Source of the DNA: Bigelowiella natans CCMP2755
Lineage: Eukaryota > Protista > Cercozoa
Direction: 5' to 3'
DNA length: 64,000 nucleotides
Assembly: GCA_000320545.1 (NCBI GenBank)
Contig: ADNK01000436.1
Span: forward strand, 1 to 64,000
The translations under genes were made by a program, and so were the position numbers. The notes below the pieces were generated by a model that worked only from the letters and a program-made list of their open reading frames with translations, was not told where the DNA came from and did no database searches. Shown piece by piece: positions 31,478-43,752 of this stretch (the stretch's first letter is position 1; every line of letters starts with the position of its first letter).

Positions 31478-33339
31478 ATGGAGGTTGAAACCCACCCGAG
31501 CCCTTTGGAAGTCAGCTTGCCCCGCATCGTTGTTCTGGTAGCAAATGATCGTAAGGAGGTGGAATTGAAAATGGAACACGCATGCATAAGTCGCAACATT
31601 AGGAAACGTGTTGAAGAGCTTTTCCGTATTGGGGGATTACTCTTGAGGAACGAACAAAACACCCCGCATCCAGCCCCTCGCATCGAAACTGGTATCTCCG
31701 CAGAATGCCTTTATTCTGTGACTCAGTTCATGCAGTTCTGTGCTGGGAATGACCTAGCCAGCCCAATGTTGCCAATCAGAAGTCCAATACTCTCTGCGGC
31801 ATACGATTCCACCGCCTCTACGTTGCGAATCAGTGAAATGATCAACAACCTAGCTAAAAACCGTCATTCTTTGTACGAGTTGTTGGATGCCGCAGTAAAA
31901 CTTATTATACCAGGACTTAAGTGGGTCTGCGTTGTGAAAATAGCCTGCCTCCTTCTCTCTGTAGACATAGAGGATATTGATCGCGTCCTTGATCCACACA
32001 TCCGTGATGGCAGCTTGCGAGAACCAAAAAAGGGAATAGAAAGAGGCTCATTTGTTCAAAGTATTCAACCAAGAGAGAACGAGGCAATTGCAACTCTGGA
32101 AAGAGAAAGAGGCGCAGAAGTATTAGCGGTAGGAGAAGAAAGATGCATCAGTATGCAAGAAGATGAATATACCTTGCTTGAAATTGAAAGCGAAAATGAC
32201 GACAATGTGCAAAAGAGCGATTGCGAAGTTGGAGACGAAATAAATAGGGCTGGATATGACGATAGAAAATGTGAACAATATCGACATTCGCGAGTATCCA
32301 ATTTTTTACATTCTAGCTCGCATGTCTGGAGCTGTGCCCTCTCTTGTAACGGGGAGGTTGGCTTGTTGGCTGCAAATGATAGCAACGAGTGTTCCATCTT
32401 AAAACGCGATGGGACCTCCACTACTCCGCTCATAGCCGGGATCCCACTCAGATGCCGCATTTCACACGATGGGCGGCGTGCTGTTACAGCAGGGAACAGG
32501 AACACATGCTATTTTTGGAACGTCGAAAATGGAGAAAGACTCTGGCTCATGGAAGGTGATCCTCCAAGATCTTGCAGTCTCTCCGCAGACGGGCGCTTCG
32601 TGGTCTCGGCGTCAGAGTTGAAGAACACCGTCACAGTGTGGGATACCCTAGAACAGAAACAGGTCCATACCTTTTCGCATCAAGATGTCTACGATTGTGC
32701 CATCTCGAGGAACGGTACGCACGTGGTTACGGCGTCACTCAAAGACTTGGTGATATGGCATATCTCCGGCAGGAAGAGAAGGGAATTCAATGGCCTCAGC
32801 GCTCCGTGCGACATCTCGTGTGACAATTCTGTCATTCTCTGTCAGAATGTTAAAGAGTCGGGTGCAGTAATACTCGATTCTAAATCGGGAAGTATCCTCT
32901 CAAAAATGTAAATTTTAACTTATTTTGAAGAAGAGAGTGCATGGCGATTTTGTGTACATTGTGTGTTTGTAGGTGTAGTGGCAAGCGGATTGTAGATTGC
33001 GAACTCTCTTCTGACGCATCAATGGCGCTTATCTCGGGAATGACAGGAAAGTGTACCCTTTGGAGTCTTAAACGAAAAGATTCTTCCTTTCGTCATGAAG
33101 CTATATTGGTTGCAAGTTACTGTGGGCGAACTGGAGCGTTATCCCCGGACGGACACTGCGTACTTTTAGCTAAAGTCAATGGCGAATGCGAGCTTCATGA
33201 CCATCTTCATTTCATAGAGGTAAATTACCATTCGAGCATGAAATGCAAGAGGGTAAGGAGCAGTAGAGATACTTGTTTCATACTCATATTTAAAACACTT
33301 CAAGTACCTATTGACTACAGTAAAACCTTGTGTTACTAA
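31478..33339 (+). CDS. SKP1-domain + 7x WD40 fusion protein
   Basis: The N-terminus VVLVANDRKEVEL..ACISRNIR..ISAECLYSVTQFM..PIRS..NRHSLYELLDAAVKLIIPGLKWVCVVKIACLL..IDRVLDP follows the SKP1 POZ and dimerisation pattern. An acidic linker and seven CxxSxDG-type WD40 blades follow. One intron at ~32908-32972; last exon uncertain. Confidence 0.75.
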
Positions 33340-33639
33340 CCATGACACCGCTAACTATCTCAAACATCAATTTGCCAAACATATAAACATTGCACCAGGC
33401 TTCGACCGTGCTTAAAATTCTCAAACGCGACTTGACTGGTCGCCTCCGCACGACACACGAAGATATTCTCCGGGCACTGTTTCATAATTGGCAAGCAAAA
33501 GTCGAACAGTGAGGAGAAGGTCACATCTGAATCACAACAGCATGCACCACACTCAGATTGGGCCAAAATTATAACTTTTCCATGTGTTTAAGTAAGATGC
33601 TGTGCGGGAGCTTTGGACACACACCATATCAATATGGGG

Positions 33640-33950
33640 TAACATCATGCTTGTCATTGCGGCTGCAGGAGCACTAAAAATGTTGTGTGCTCGCTCATCA
33701 AATGAACACTGAGCATCCGCTGGCACTGCAGAACATCACATCATTGCACATCATGATGAGTGATGCAATCAATGCCATCTCCATGCACAATTTTTGTAGC
33801 ATGCTGAGTCATAGCTGCCTGCTCGATGTCTAGATGTGTCCACATTTTGTGCAAGAAATGGGGCCGCGATGCAGGCCGCCATTTTCATTGAACTGTGCAT
33901 TGCAGAGCAAAACAGACACAGCAATGCAACATGCGACGCGTGGAATATTT
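33640..33950. other. TpA-poor, TG/CA-rich intergenic stretch between convergent 3' ends
   Basis: Few TA, abundant catg/tgca. Confidence 0.5.
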
Positions 33951-34099
33951 CATGTTTGAGATTCACAAAGCAATAATTTCGTTTGACTTCTGTCCTCAGC
34001 ATGCATGTTACTTCACTAGCTGCCAGCTTACAGTGCTTTTTTTTTCTAGCTGCCATAATCATATAAGATATAATCGCTTTCCTAACGCTTTTTGCCGCT

Positions 34100-34239
34100 C
34101 TACATGTGCCCTTCGCTGCGTAAGATGCTGCTTGATTCTCGTCTATGTACAATCAGCACAAAAAAGTATAAGATGGAAGGAATGTCAAAATATCATAAAT
34201 ATGTACACACACACACACACACATGTATGCATTAATATG

Positions 34240-34285
<46 letters not shown>

Positions 34286-35020
34286 CCAGTTGTTGTCTTG
34301 CCCGTGCAAGGGAATGCGTATGCTGGCCCTGTGCGTACAAAACCACACATCATACTTAAATCCTGTAGAACAAAAAAGCTTGTGCACAACATATAAAACA
34401 CACGCACAAAAACACACACACACACACACACACACACAGACGCACACGTGGATATACATTGTGTATATGAGTGTGTGTGTATTTGTGTGCGAGTGCGTGT
34501 GTATGTGTGTGACCTCTCACCTTTGTGTATTTATAAGTCACATTTGTGGTCATTCCTGCATTCCATGGGATAAACTCACCCCTTCCCGCTTCAATCAAAT
34601 GTCCCTTTTTCTAGTCAATGTCGTGGGAGGAGGAGGGTGATGGGGGATTCATATCCAATGTAGCATTGATTACCATATTAATGGCGGCAAGACGGTTAGC
34701 AAGATAAGGATGGTAATAAGACTGATTTCCTCTCTTCCTTTTCCCGCCTCTGTGTGGTGAGATTAGTGCTCGATTGTGTGTCGCCCCCGTTAGCATTATT
34801 TACGTATTCGTATGAGTGGTCACTTTCATTTTCGGCGGTTCAGTACCCTCACAGAGAATCGTCGCTTCCATATTTCTTCGAGACTTTTCGCACCAGAATT
34901 GAGTTGCACCAAAAAGTTTTCATACTCACGTACACACTCAAATGCACATGCACACATGTGCCCAAGATTTTTTTTGAATGTAATAGATCAAGGTAAACGA
35001 CTTTTTTATTTAATGTGTAA

Positions 35021-35064
<44 letters not shown>

Positions 35065-35616
35065 TTGTGTATTGTATATATGCTTATACAGAGATATATG
35101 TTCGTGCATGTGTGGATTATATTTACGTGAATACATGCTGCAGCATCTTTTTTTGATGGGAGGACTAATATCATCATTATTTCTAAAATGAGACAACCGT
35201 AGCTCGACACCATCTCTGAGCTCCCTCGCATGATTGGGAGGATACGCTGCAAAGCTTCCAATCTGCAAGATCATATCATTGCAAAATGTTGTGGGTGCAG
35301 CTGTGCTTTACGTTGTTCTAATTCATTTGTACATAGTAGAAGATATTTGACTCAGAGTCTTCAAAAAACTCAAAAAGAATTTCAATGACCAAGCATTTTA
35401 GTGCATACTCTATGCCTAACTCACATGCTACATTCCTTCAAAACACTGGTTGTATGTGTAACGTTCGTCGGTGTGTTTCTCCTTACACTTCCTGCCCTGC
35501 GTTGTGCCTCGGCTCCTCGTTGTTCTTGGAGTGCGAGTTTCGGGTTTATCAATCGTCTCTACAAGAGTGTAGTCGTGTTGAAGCAGAAGTACAACGTACA
35601 TAAACACGATATTTTA

Positions 35617-35666
<50 letters not shown>

Positions 35667-36142
35667 TAGAGAGCGAGCGAGATAGGGAGGGGAAAGGACC
35701 AGTTTTTGCAGTTACCCACCTCCTCCTCAACATTTCCCAGAGCAATACTACGAGCTTCGTGCTGGCCCTGTTCATGAAGTTTCGACCGCATTAGATGAAT
35801 AGTTACGCTCTAGGCAATTACGGTTTCTAAGCACGTACACGTGACGTGTGCAACTACGAGCTCATGCTCGGTGCATTATTCGCTCTTCTTGTTGACTTAC
35901 CGCACTGAAGTAGTACGGAGTGTGCGCATCGAGGTCTTCTTCCCACACTCGAAATCTCTGGTCGAACAACCGGCTACAGAGAGCCACACTAGGAATAGTC
36001 AAAGCTTTAGGGAGGGAGAATTCAGGGGGGGGAAGAAAGTCTTAAATCATTACCTTGCTCGATTATCGACGTCTACAATCGGCAGAGGATATCTGTCCCC
36101 CCTTCGTGATTTGACGTCATGCTGCTCCTTTCCCTCGACCAT
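34100..36142 (-). CDS. Hypothetical multi-exon protein
   Basis: In-phase exon chain MVEGKEQHDVKSRRGDRYPLPIVDVDNRAS-VALCSRLFDQRFRVWEEDLDAHTPYYFSA-SVTIHLMRSKLHEQ..EEE-RRLINPKLALQEQ..-IGSFAAYPPNHARELRDGVELR; 3' end uncertain. Confidence 0.6.
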
Positions 36143-36254
36143 TATACTGATTCAAACCTATCCTTGTGTAGCAACGAGGGTTTGGGGCTTATGCTTTCTC
36201 TCTATATTTCCCACTAGGTGTACTCGTTTTGGTTGGGGGAGGTCACGAGGGCCA

Positions 36255-36266
36255 TTTGGCGCGAAA
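36255..36266. promoter_or_regulatory. Overlapping double E2F-type site TTTGGCGCGAAA
   Basis: Exact reverse complement of TTTCGCGCCAAA, about 113 bp upstream of the ATG at 36142. Confidence 0.45.
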
Positions 36267-36429
36267 TGGAGCAATAAGACGTAAATCCTGAGAGTGAAAT
36301 TCATCTTATTCTATATATCCAGTGAATTCATGTTCAACGACAACCCCAAAAAACTTATATTTAAAGTGTGAAGGCTAGCTATTGGTAGCTTGCAACGGCT
36401 ATGAACGTTGAGCCGCCAAATTAAAAATT

Positions 36430-37740
36430 CGAATTTCATTTTTTTCTCGTTCATGTTCCAGTCGATGTCCTCCCGTGGGTCCTCCAGGTCATCTGTCTGT
36501 CTGATGAGCTTTTTGGGTTTCACTCTTTGATCTTCGGTGACACCCTCATTCTTCTTCATTAATTCATTTTGCACTGATGCATCAGACCTGGTGATTTTTT
36601 TTTTTCCGTGGTGATCTTGTTGATTGCGGGGGAAATCTCTGCAAGTCACCAATTTCAAGTCACGTGTCAGTGGCCGACGTCTGCGAAACGAACACTCGAA
36701 TTTTCGCGGTCCTCAATTGACAAGTGGATGAGATGGCACATCAAATGATCCTTTTAGCTGCACCAAATAACTTCGTTGTTTGCACGTTCACAGTGAGCTT
36801 GTGCTTCCGGTGATCCTTTCAATGAGCCTGACCTGTCTGACCGCACGATGCTTGCACTTCCTCACCTCCTCACCTGCCATGAACGAGTGACAGCAAGTCC
36901 AGGGGCCGTGGTGTGCCAGTGGGTGCAAAAGAAACTGTCAATTTTCCTTCATGTCCTTGCTGTCTGAAGAGCAAGTGGACAAGTTGACACTTCTGATGAT
37001 CCTTTCAGCTGCATCATCGTGCGCACAGCACTCAAACCACTTCGTTCACTGGTCCATCCATCCACTCATGTGCATTCGAACATCTCACTTTCCACAGTGG
37101 TGGTCTTGCTTCATGGGAGATGGTGCGTGATGCTGGTCACTTTTGATAATCTGTTCGCCGGCTGCATGGCCATTCGAAGTCGCAAACTAGCTTCGTTTGT
37201 TCACTCACGACTTGCTGTTCGTTCTCTCGCATCGCAACTTCTGCCATCCGCACGACAACGTGCCGCGCTGCAAACTTCAGAGCTCGCATCGAACCAACTT
37301 TGCGCTTCTTCACGTCACTTTTTGACCGTGCACCTGATGTGTTTTTCCGAGATGCTCCACGTCGAGCATGCACACGCATCTTGCTAGCTAAACACATGGC
37401 TAGATGGGCTGCTGTGCGCAAGGGTGTCTCAATGCTCAGATGACATCACTGCTTTCCCTGATGGCACTGCAGTTACGCCGGCCACGGCACGCAACGCTAA
37501 CTAATGCTGCGCTTGTTGTGTTCTTTGAAGAAGACACATCATCCTTAGCCATGAATGCACTGCAATCTAGACAATCGAGACAAGTTCAACGCGGAACATC
37601 GGCGACGATGTGCCATGCAAGTGCATGTGCAAAAGTCAAATGCGCCGGGGGTGCAGGCTAGATGAAGACCGTGCTAGCGTGGGGAAAAGAATTGCTAGAA
37701 CTGGATAATCTGGACGACGAACTTCCAAGATGCGTGCACA
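36430..37740. repeat. TpA-depleted intergenic island
   Basis: By eye 5 TA in 36481-37380 (no TAC, TAT or GTA); CG common; internal ~45-bp duplication at 36721 and 36972. Confidence 0.7.
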
Positions 37741-37811
37741 AAAACTGTGCAGCGGCACTCGGCGGACATATTTCCAGAGAATTTATAAATTTAACCAACT
37801 TGATAGCTAGT

Positions 37812-39405
37812 TTAGTGTTTTAATGAGACATCCACAATGCTTGCGTTACGAATCTCATAATTGTGGCGTTCTTTGGTATGCAGATGATGCAAGCCACCAG
37901 GCTCACAGCCGTCATCAACCTCGCTGGACGCTGTCCCGAGGTACTCGTCATTTGCGACATTGTAGATGTCATCGTCATCGAATGGATTGTACTTGAATGC
38001 ATGCTCATAGGGATGCTGCTGCTGTAGATTATGGCCACTGGTGATAATACCCTTACTACCATTTCTACAATGGAGTTCCAACCCATCATCCCTGGCTATT
38101 GTCCAGGGCATGTCGTTGAGCGAGAACGGCGGTGGCGGTATGCCCATCTCCATCGTCAAGCACCCCTCCACACTATCCTCGCTCATCCTCTCTTCTAAGT
38201 CCTCCCCAGGAGGCGGGGATGGGAGTAAACAGCTACGCCTATACCGCTCCTCCTTTCCTTCATTACTCCTACTTTCATTAAAATGGCTATTTTCCACTCC
38301 TCTTGTCACAATCCCCGTAGATGTAGAGGCGTGATTCGCAGTCAACAGATTGTTTTGCCGAATATTTTCGGCCTTTGACCCAGCATGAGAGGCACAATCG
38401 ATCACAGATGATATTGACTGCTTGTTCTGCTGCAGAAGATCTTCCTCTCCTATCCTCCTTCCACGCGCGTTGATGTTAAACGAACCATGATCGTATTTTT
38501 GCCTCTTTTGGAGAGCTCGCTGTTCTGCTTCAGACCGGTATCTAAACATTTCATAAAGAAAAAGGTGTTTTGAAGCAGTAGCCGCCGCGGCAGCGGTAGC
38601 ATCGTAGAGTAGTAGCAGCAGTAGTAGTAATAGTAGAAGTAGATGTGATAATGTGTCGAAGAAGTTTGAATTTCAATTGCTTTCCTCCAATTGTTAATTG
38701 CCGCTATTAGTTTATATTGTAGCTTCTTGTGTATCACAACAAGCATCATAAATAGAAGTCAACATCAGCATCTTCATGACCCCCATCATCCACTGCATCA
38801 TCCTTGACTACAACAACGACAACAGCAACAACATATAAAATGGGCAATTCACGATGACAACATGTCATTACTGCTTGTGAAAGATGTGTCCTCTCGGAAG
38901 CATGATGTCCTCTGCTCGTTCTATCAAATCAAAGCCCGTCCCTGTGCATCCATGCAGCAGTGACATGACAACGTCTCAATGGACTCCCCGCCAAACAAAA
39001 GAATAAAAACCAAACGATGGACTCTCCCTCTCTTTCAGCAGCGAACGATAACAACTGCGGTGCATACTTAGAACGGCACCAGTATTACATTTAACAGCAA
39101 TTCTGCGTCGTATTATCAGGAAAACAAAGAAGGGAATTTAGGAGGAATCTGCTACCGGATGGGAGAACGTAGTTGTAAGCCCTGAAAACACGAAAATAAT
39201 AATTGGAGACCATCACCATCAGGCAACCCCCCCCTCCCAACCGCTACACATGTACACAGAGAGGGAGGGAGGGAGATGTATCGCGTAAGTATTTGTGCTT
39301 GTATGTGCATATGTTTATATGTATCTGTATTCGAAATTTATGTGTTTGTGTGTGTTTGTGTGTGTGTGTGTGTGTGTTTGTGTGTGATACTTAGAGAGAG
39401 GGAGG

Positions 39406-39457
<52 letters not shown>

Positions 39458-42400
39458 AACATAACGAAAATAGAACGGATCACTTTTCCTCCTTCGACAT
39501 ATTTGTGAACGGATTTTGACGCCATAAGTCGTAAATAGGCGGAGTATTTGGAGAAATTATCCTAATAATACCAGCGAACGTGTTTTAGCGTATTAGATGC
39601 AGATATATACATATCAAACAGAGTGATACTTTTAAACGGAAAAATTCTAAAGTAAGACAAAAAACAAAATTCCACAATATGCCAAGCGTTGTTGTCGTTG
39701 TTGAGACGACACGTCCTATCTATCTACAGCAGCTTGGGGAGTCACAGCTCGATAGGAGAAAATTGATGAGCCTAGGTGCTCCTTTGGCGATGTGTCAGAA
39801 AAGACGACAGCCCCTTTTCCTCCGTTAGATGTGTAGAGGAAGAAAAGAAAGCAGACAATCTTGCGATCTACTGTTTTCCACCTGAGAAGGCGCTGCGTGA
39901 AGTTGAAGAAAGAGCTGTCTCGTAACCGTAACGACTCAATCGCTAACACCTGCATTAATGTAAAAACTCACAGACGCACGCACTCCCCCGCCCTCATCCC
40001 CAGCTACTACCACTGCCGCCACACTTTTAAAATACACAATGAAACAGATTTTGGAGAATCCTTCCTCCACGACAATTTCTACTATTTCTACAACTACTGC
40101 CACAACTACAACTGCAAGACCTAGGTACAACTACCGGCTCCCTGTGCATTACGATCCACAACACCAGCTCCCTGCCGATATATCATCGGGGAACAACCAA
40201 CCGCAAGAACAATAACGACACAAACAAACAAACAAAACAAGAAGCTCTCGTAAATAAGCGGCTACTCGCAGTATTATGATGATGAGCATCAGCATAGCAA
40301 ACCGCCCCCCTCCTCCCACAGATGCATGCATCATAATCGGCAAAACTGAACCGAATGCCGGACGATGATCGAGCGACATCATAGCCATTGCACGTCATAA
40401 TTCTAAATCAACATAAACTGCTTGTACAACGAAGAATCAACGCCGTCGATGCTCTCTCTGGTCCTTGTCCACACATCGATCGTCATCATTGCGCCAGCAG
40501 CACAAAAAGACAGAGTACCTCAGAGCTGGGTTCTTGCACACCTCCGCCACTTCGTCGTCGTTCGCGATCGCATCGAGTGAGGAGCGGCTGATGCCGATCT
40601 GTGCGTAGATTGTTAGATTGCTTGCTGTCGCTACTGATGTAGCGATGATGATGAAGACAGATTCGAAACACGTGGCAACCCATAAAGCTGACCTGATTGT
40701 ACTGGGAGCTCTCGAGTCGCTGCAATCTGAGAAGAGGTCGTGCATTAAATCAACACAATGGTTTCATCACGCAAAATTCAGATGCATTCCTAGACAAATC
40801 TCGACGTGGAACGGAAAGGGAATAAGAATAAGAATAATAACGAGAAGATTAATAGATATACTACTGATGTGTTTGAACAACATACACGTTCAGAGACAAA
40901 GTCTCTTAAAAGGCTAACGGACGCTAGGTGGTAAGACAGCTTCTACTCAGCACGCACCTCGGAATGTAGCGTATTGGAATCCGCCGATCGAGAGCCATAT
41001 CAACCTCCACTTCAACAACGGCATTCCGCTGCTGCTGTTGCTCCTTTGGACTCCCCCCCCCAGCACCGTCGTCTCCACCTCCGCCATCTAATGTTTGGTT
41101 GTTTCCACGAGCCCTCTGGACGGAGGCGATCAGCGCGAACTTGATTTCTTCAGGCACTCTGCGGCCATTTGTGATACCAACCATTACTGGGGGGTAGACG
41201 TCTTCGTCCCTGGGTCGCAGCGGACAACAACAAGTAGGAGGAGGAGGAGGAGATGGAGGAGGAGATGGAGGAGAGAAAAGAGCAAACCCTACGATGAGAG
41301 GAGCACGTGCACACGCATGCATGGATATGCAGTGGGTGCAATCACATCATACAAATTTGCATAAGGTGCGTATGTGTGTGTGTGGGTGTGTGTAGCTGTT
41401 CATTATCTCTGCTACTGCATACCAAAACTGTAGCTCCACTCTGTCTCGTCCATACGGCCGCTACAAAAATAAGGATGTGTGCGCAGTAAGGGAAACCACA
41501 CAATACACAAACATGCGTGCGCGAAATTTAACACATGGAACTGAAGCACGAAAATGTATACATGCGTGTCGTGTAAACGCCCCACATATAAATCCTCTCT
41601 ACCCCCCACCCTACCCTACCCCACCCTGCCCCCCTTTGTTAAGATGAGGGCAGATCTCATTCACGATCAAGATTAGATATCCTATAGAACTATTTATTGT
41701 TCATTGCCTCTCACTGCTTTTATTTTGAATGGACAGCAGCAAAGCGGCGGCAGCATTCATTCACGCGTAAAGGGCCGGAATGGCTAACGATGCAAAAACA
41801 ATTTTTTGGCCGCCACTCCCATGGGACTATTTATTTTACTGAGGAAAGTGCAAAGATGTTAAGATGTCACATCTACTTACCCTTCGCACACACAACGGGC
41901 TGCCAACACTGATGAGTTTGGAGGTCAAGTGATAGGGAAAACAAAATATATATCAGGAGAAAGGAATCCATAGCGACTAGGACAAGTGTGTTTCATCGTA
42001 GTTGGAGGAGAGTGGCTGCGCTCGCAGAGCAGCAAGTACGGTCGTCAGTGCCTACCCCGTTTACATATGCACGGGGTATCCTTTGAATATGATAGAGTGG
42101 CACTGACTTGCCTGCAAAGTCGTTGTGTTCAAGACCTTATACGCATTCAATGCGTTTGTGCATATTATGGGGTTTTGTTTCGACATTTCATTACTCCTTT
42201 ATCATCATCGTGAGTTATTTCCAACACCGCCACCACCACCACCACTATCTACATCTTCTTATTGTTGCTATCACGTTTCATCTCACGTGAGGTTGATGTT
42301 CGTGGCGTTCGTGAGCTGAGAAAGGAGTACTCTTTTGAAGAAAGCCTATGTTTTACGCGCAGAAGTCATGCATGTTTTGATGCACACGCACATGCACACG

Positions 42401-43059
42401 TAGAGAGAAGAGAGAGGGGGGAGGGGAGGGGAGAGAGAGAGAGAGAAGAGAGAGAGAATGAGAATGGAGGTGGACATGTACCCTTCGAGGTGGGCGCTGG
42501 ATCGGTCCAAGAGAAAACCGCACAGAATCTAGTAGTAGTGTGTGTTATGTCTATGAGATGCGCGTGCGTTTGCCTTCCGAATTTGAATTTGCGAAACAAT
42601 GTAATACATCTTCGGAATTTGACATTCCTCAACTACAGACCGTCTGTCTTCTTCTCTTGCCACTCTCTCCATCGCCTACTTGCAGGGTTGCCGTAGTTAT
42701 GATACCTGAAATTATGTATTTTGTGAAGGGGGAGGGGGGGGAGAATTAAAATTGTTTCACAACGATCGAACAACTCTCGAACTAAGCAATGCAAGTCTTC
42801 TTTTGCAGGTTTTCTCATTCTTATGACCCTAACACATTTCGCCGCCAGCGCTCTAAGTGTCTTTTGTCAGGTCGATTGTCCTTGCCATTCTGAACGTCTG
42901 AGAGATAGAACAATGTGAGTAGGATGCTATTGACCCAGGGATAGAGATGATGGCGATAATGCTAAGTTTATGAAAGGAAGTGTGCAACGAGCAAACAGCA
43001 GCAGTACCTCGAATATCAACAATGTCGCCATCGTAGTCGCTGCCCTTCTGAACAGGCAT
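37812..43059 (-). CDS. Hypothetical multi-exon protein with long disordered C-terminal exon
   Basis: Exon-like segments from MPVQKGSDYDGDIVDIR (43059) through ~40957-41230, ~40516-40745 and ~39490-39560 to the terminal ORF 37812-38549; microsatellite introns; no family recognised. Confidence 0.5.
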
Positions 43060-43294
43060 TGGAGCTAAAACCTTCACGAAAGATCGGGATCTCGCGTCAG
43101 ATCCATGAGGGCTGCGAAGAAGGAAGAGAAGAATGGGCAGGCAAAGCACGCATGCAACGCGGTAACGGCGGCAGCGCTTGCGATGGAGCCAGATTCCGGG
43201 GAACGGAGGTGGGGACGAGCAACCCTCCATTCGAACGCATTTCGCTTGCGGAATCTCGCTCCAAAGCTCGAGAAACCCTTTGGGGAAAAACTCA

Positions 43295-43320
43295 TGCGAC
43301 AATTTTTTACCCTTGTCGCA
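43295..43320. promoter_or_regulatory. Spaced palindrome TGCGACAA-N10-TTGTCGCA (CGACA-N12-TGTCG) in a divergent promoter
   Basis: tgcgacaattttttacccttgtcgca; a second near-copy AGACA-N12-TGTCG lies at 43416-43437. Confidence 0.55.
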
Positions 43321-43349
43321 CCAAATTTAAAGGAGCGAAATCGGAATCG

Positions 43350-43361
43350 TTTCCCGCGAAA
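43350..43361. promoter_or_regulatory. E2F-type site TTTCCCGCGAAA in a divergent promoter
   Basis: Matches TTTSSCGC with an overlapping GCGAAA. Confidence 0.4.
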
Positions 43362-43752
43362 ACAAAAGAAAATGCGCATCCATCCCAGAAGCATTGCTGG
43401 TGATTTTGGATCCAGAGACAACCCAACGGCGATGTCGCAGCGGAACAAATCTCCTTGTTTTCTCTGAAAAAAGCCGGGAAGAAATGTCGGCAATGGCGTC
43501 CGCCTGGCCAAGGCTCCAGCGCCACAGCTCCAGGATTGTGAACCTGGGGAGAGGGCGGAGAACCCCGATCATCTTCCTCGAAAATTCGAATTTTTATCGG
43601 ACAATATCGCACCAAACCCGAGAGAATCCACTGGTGGGAGCCATAGGGCACGGTATGGAACATTTTGCCGAAATTCGGAGCCATCATTAACAGATTCTAT
43701 TTTCTCCCTTCTTCCCCCTGTTTTTTTCGACCAAGGCCCGTCGCTTATTCCC

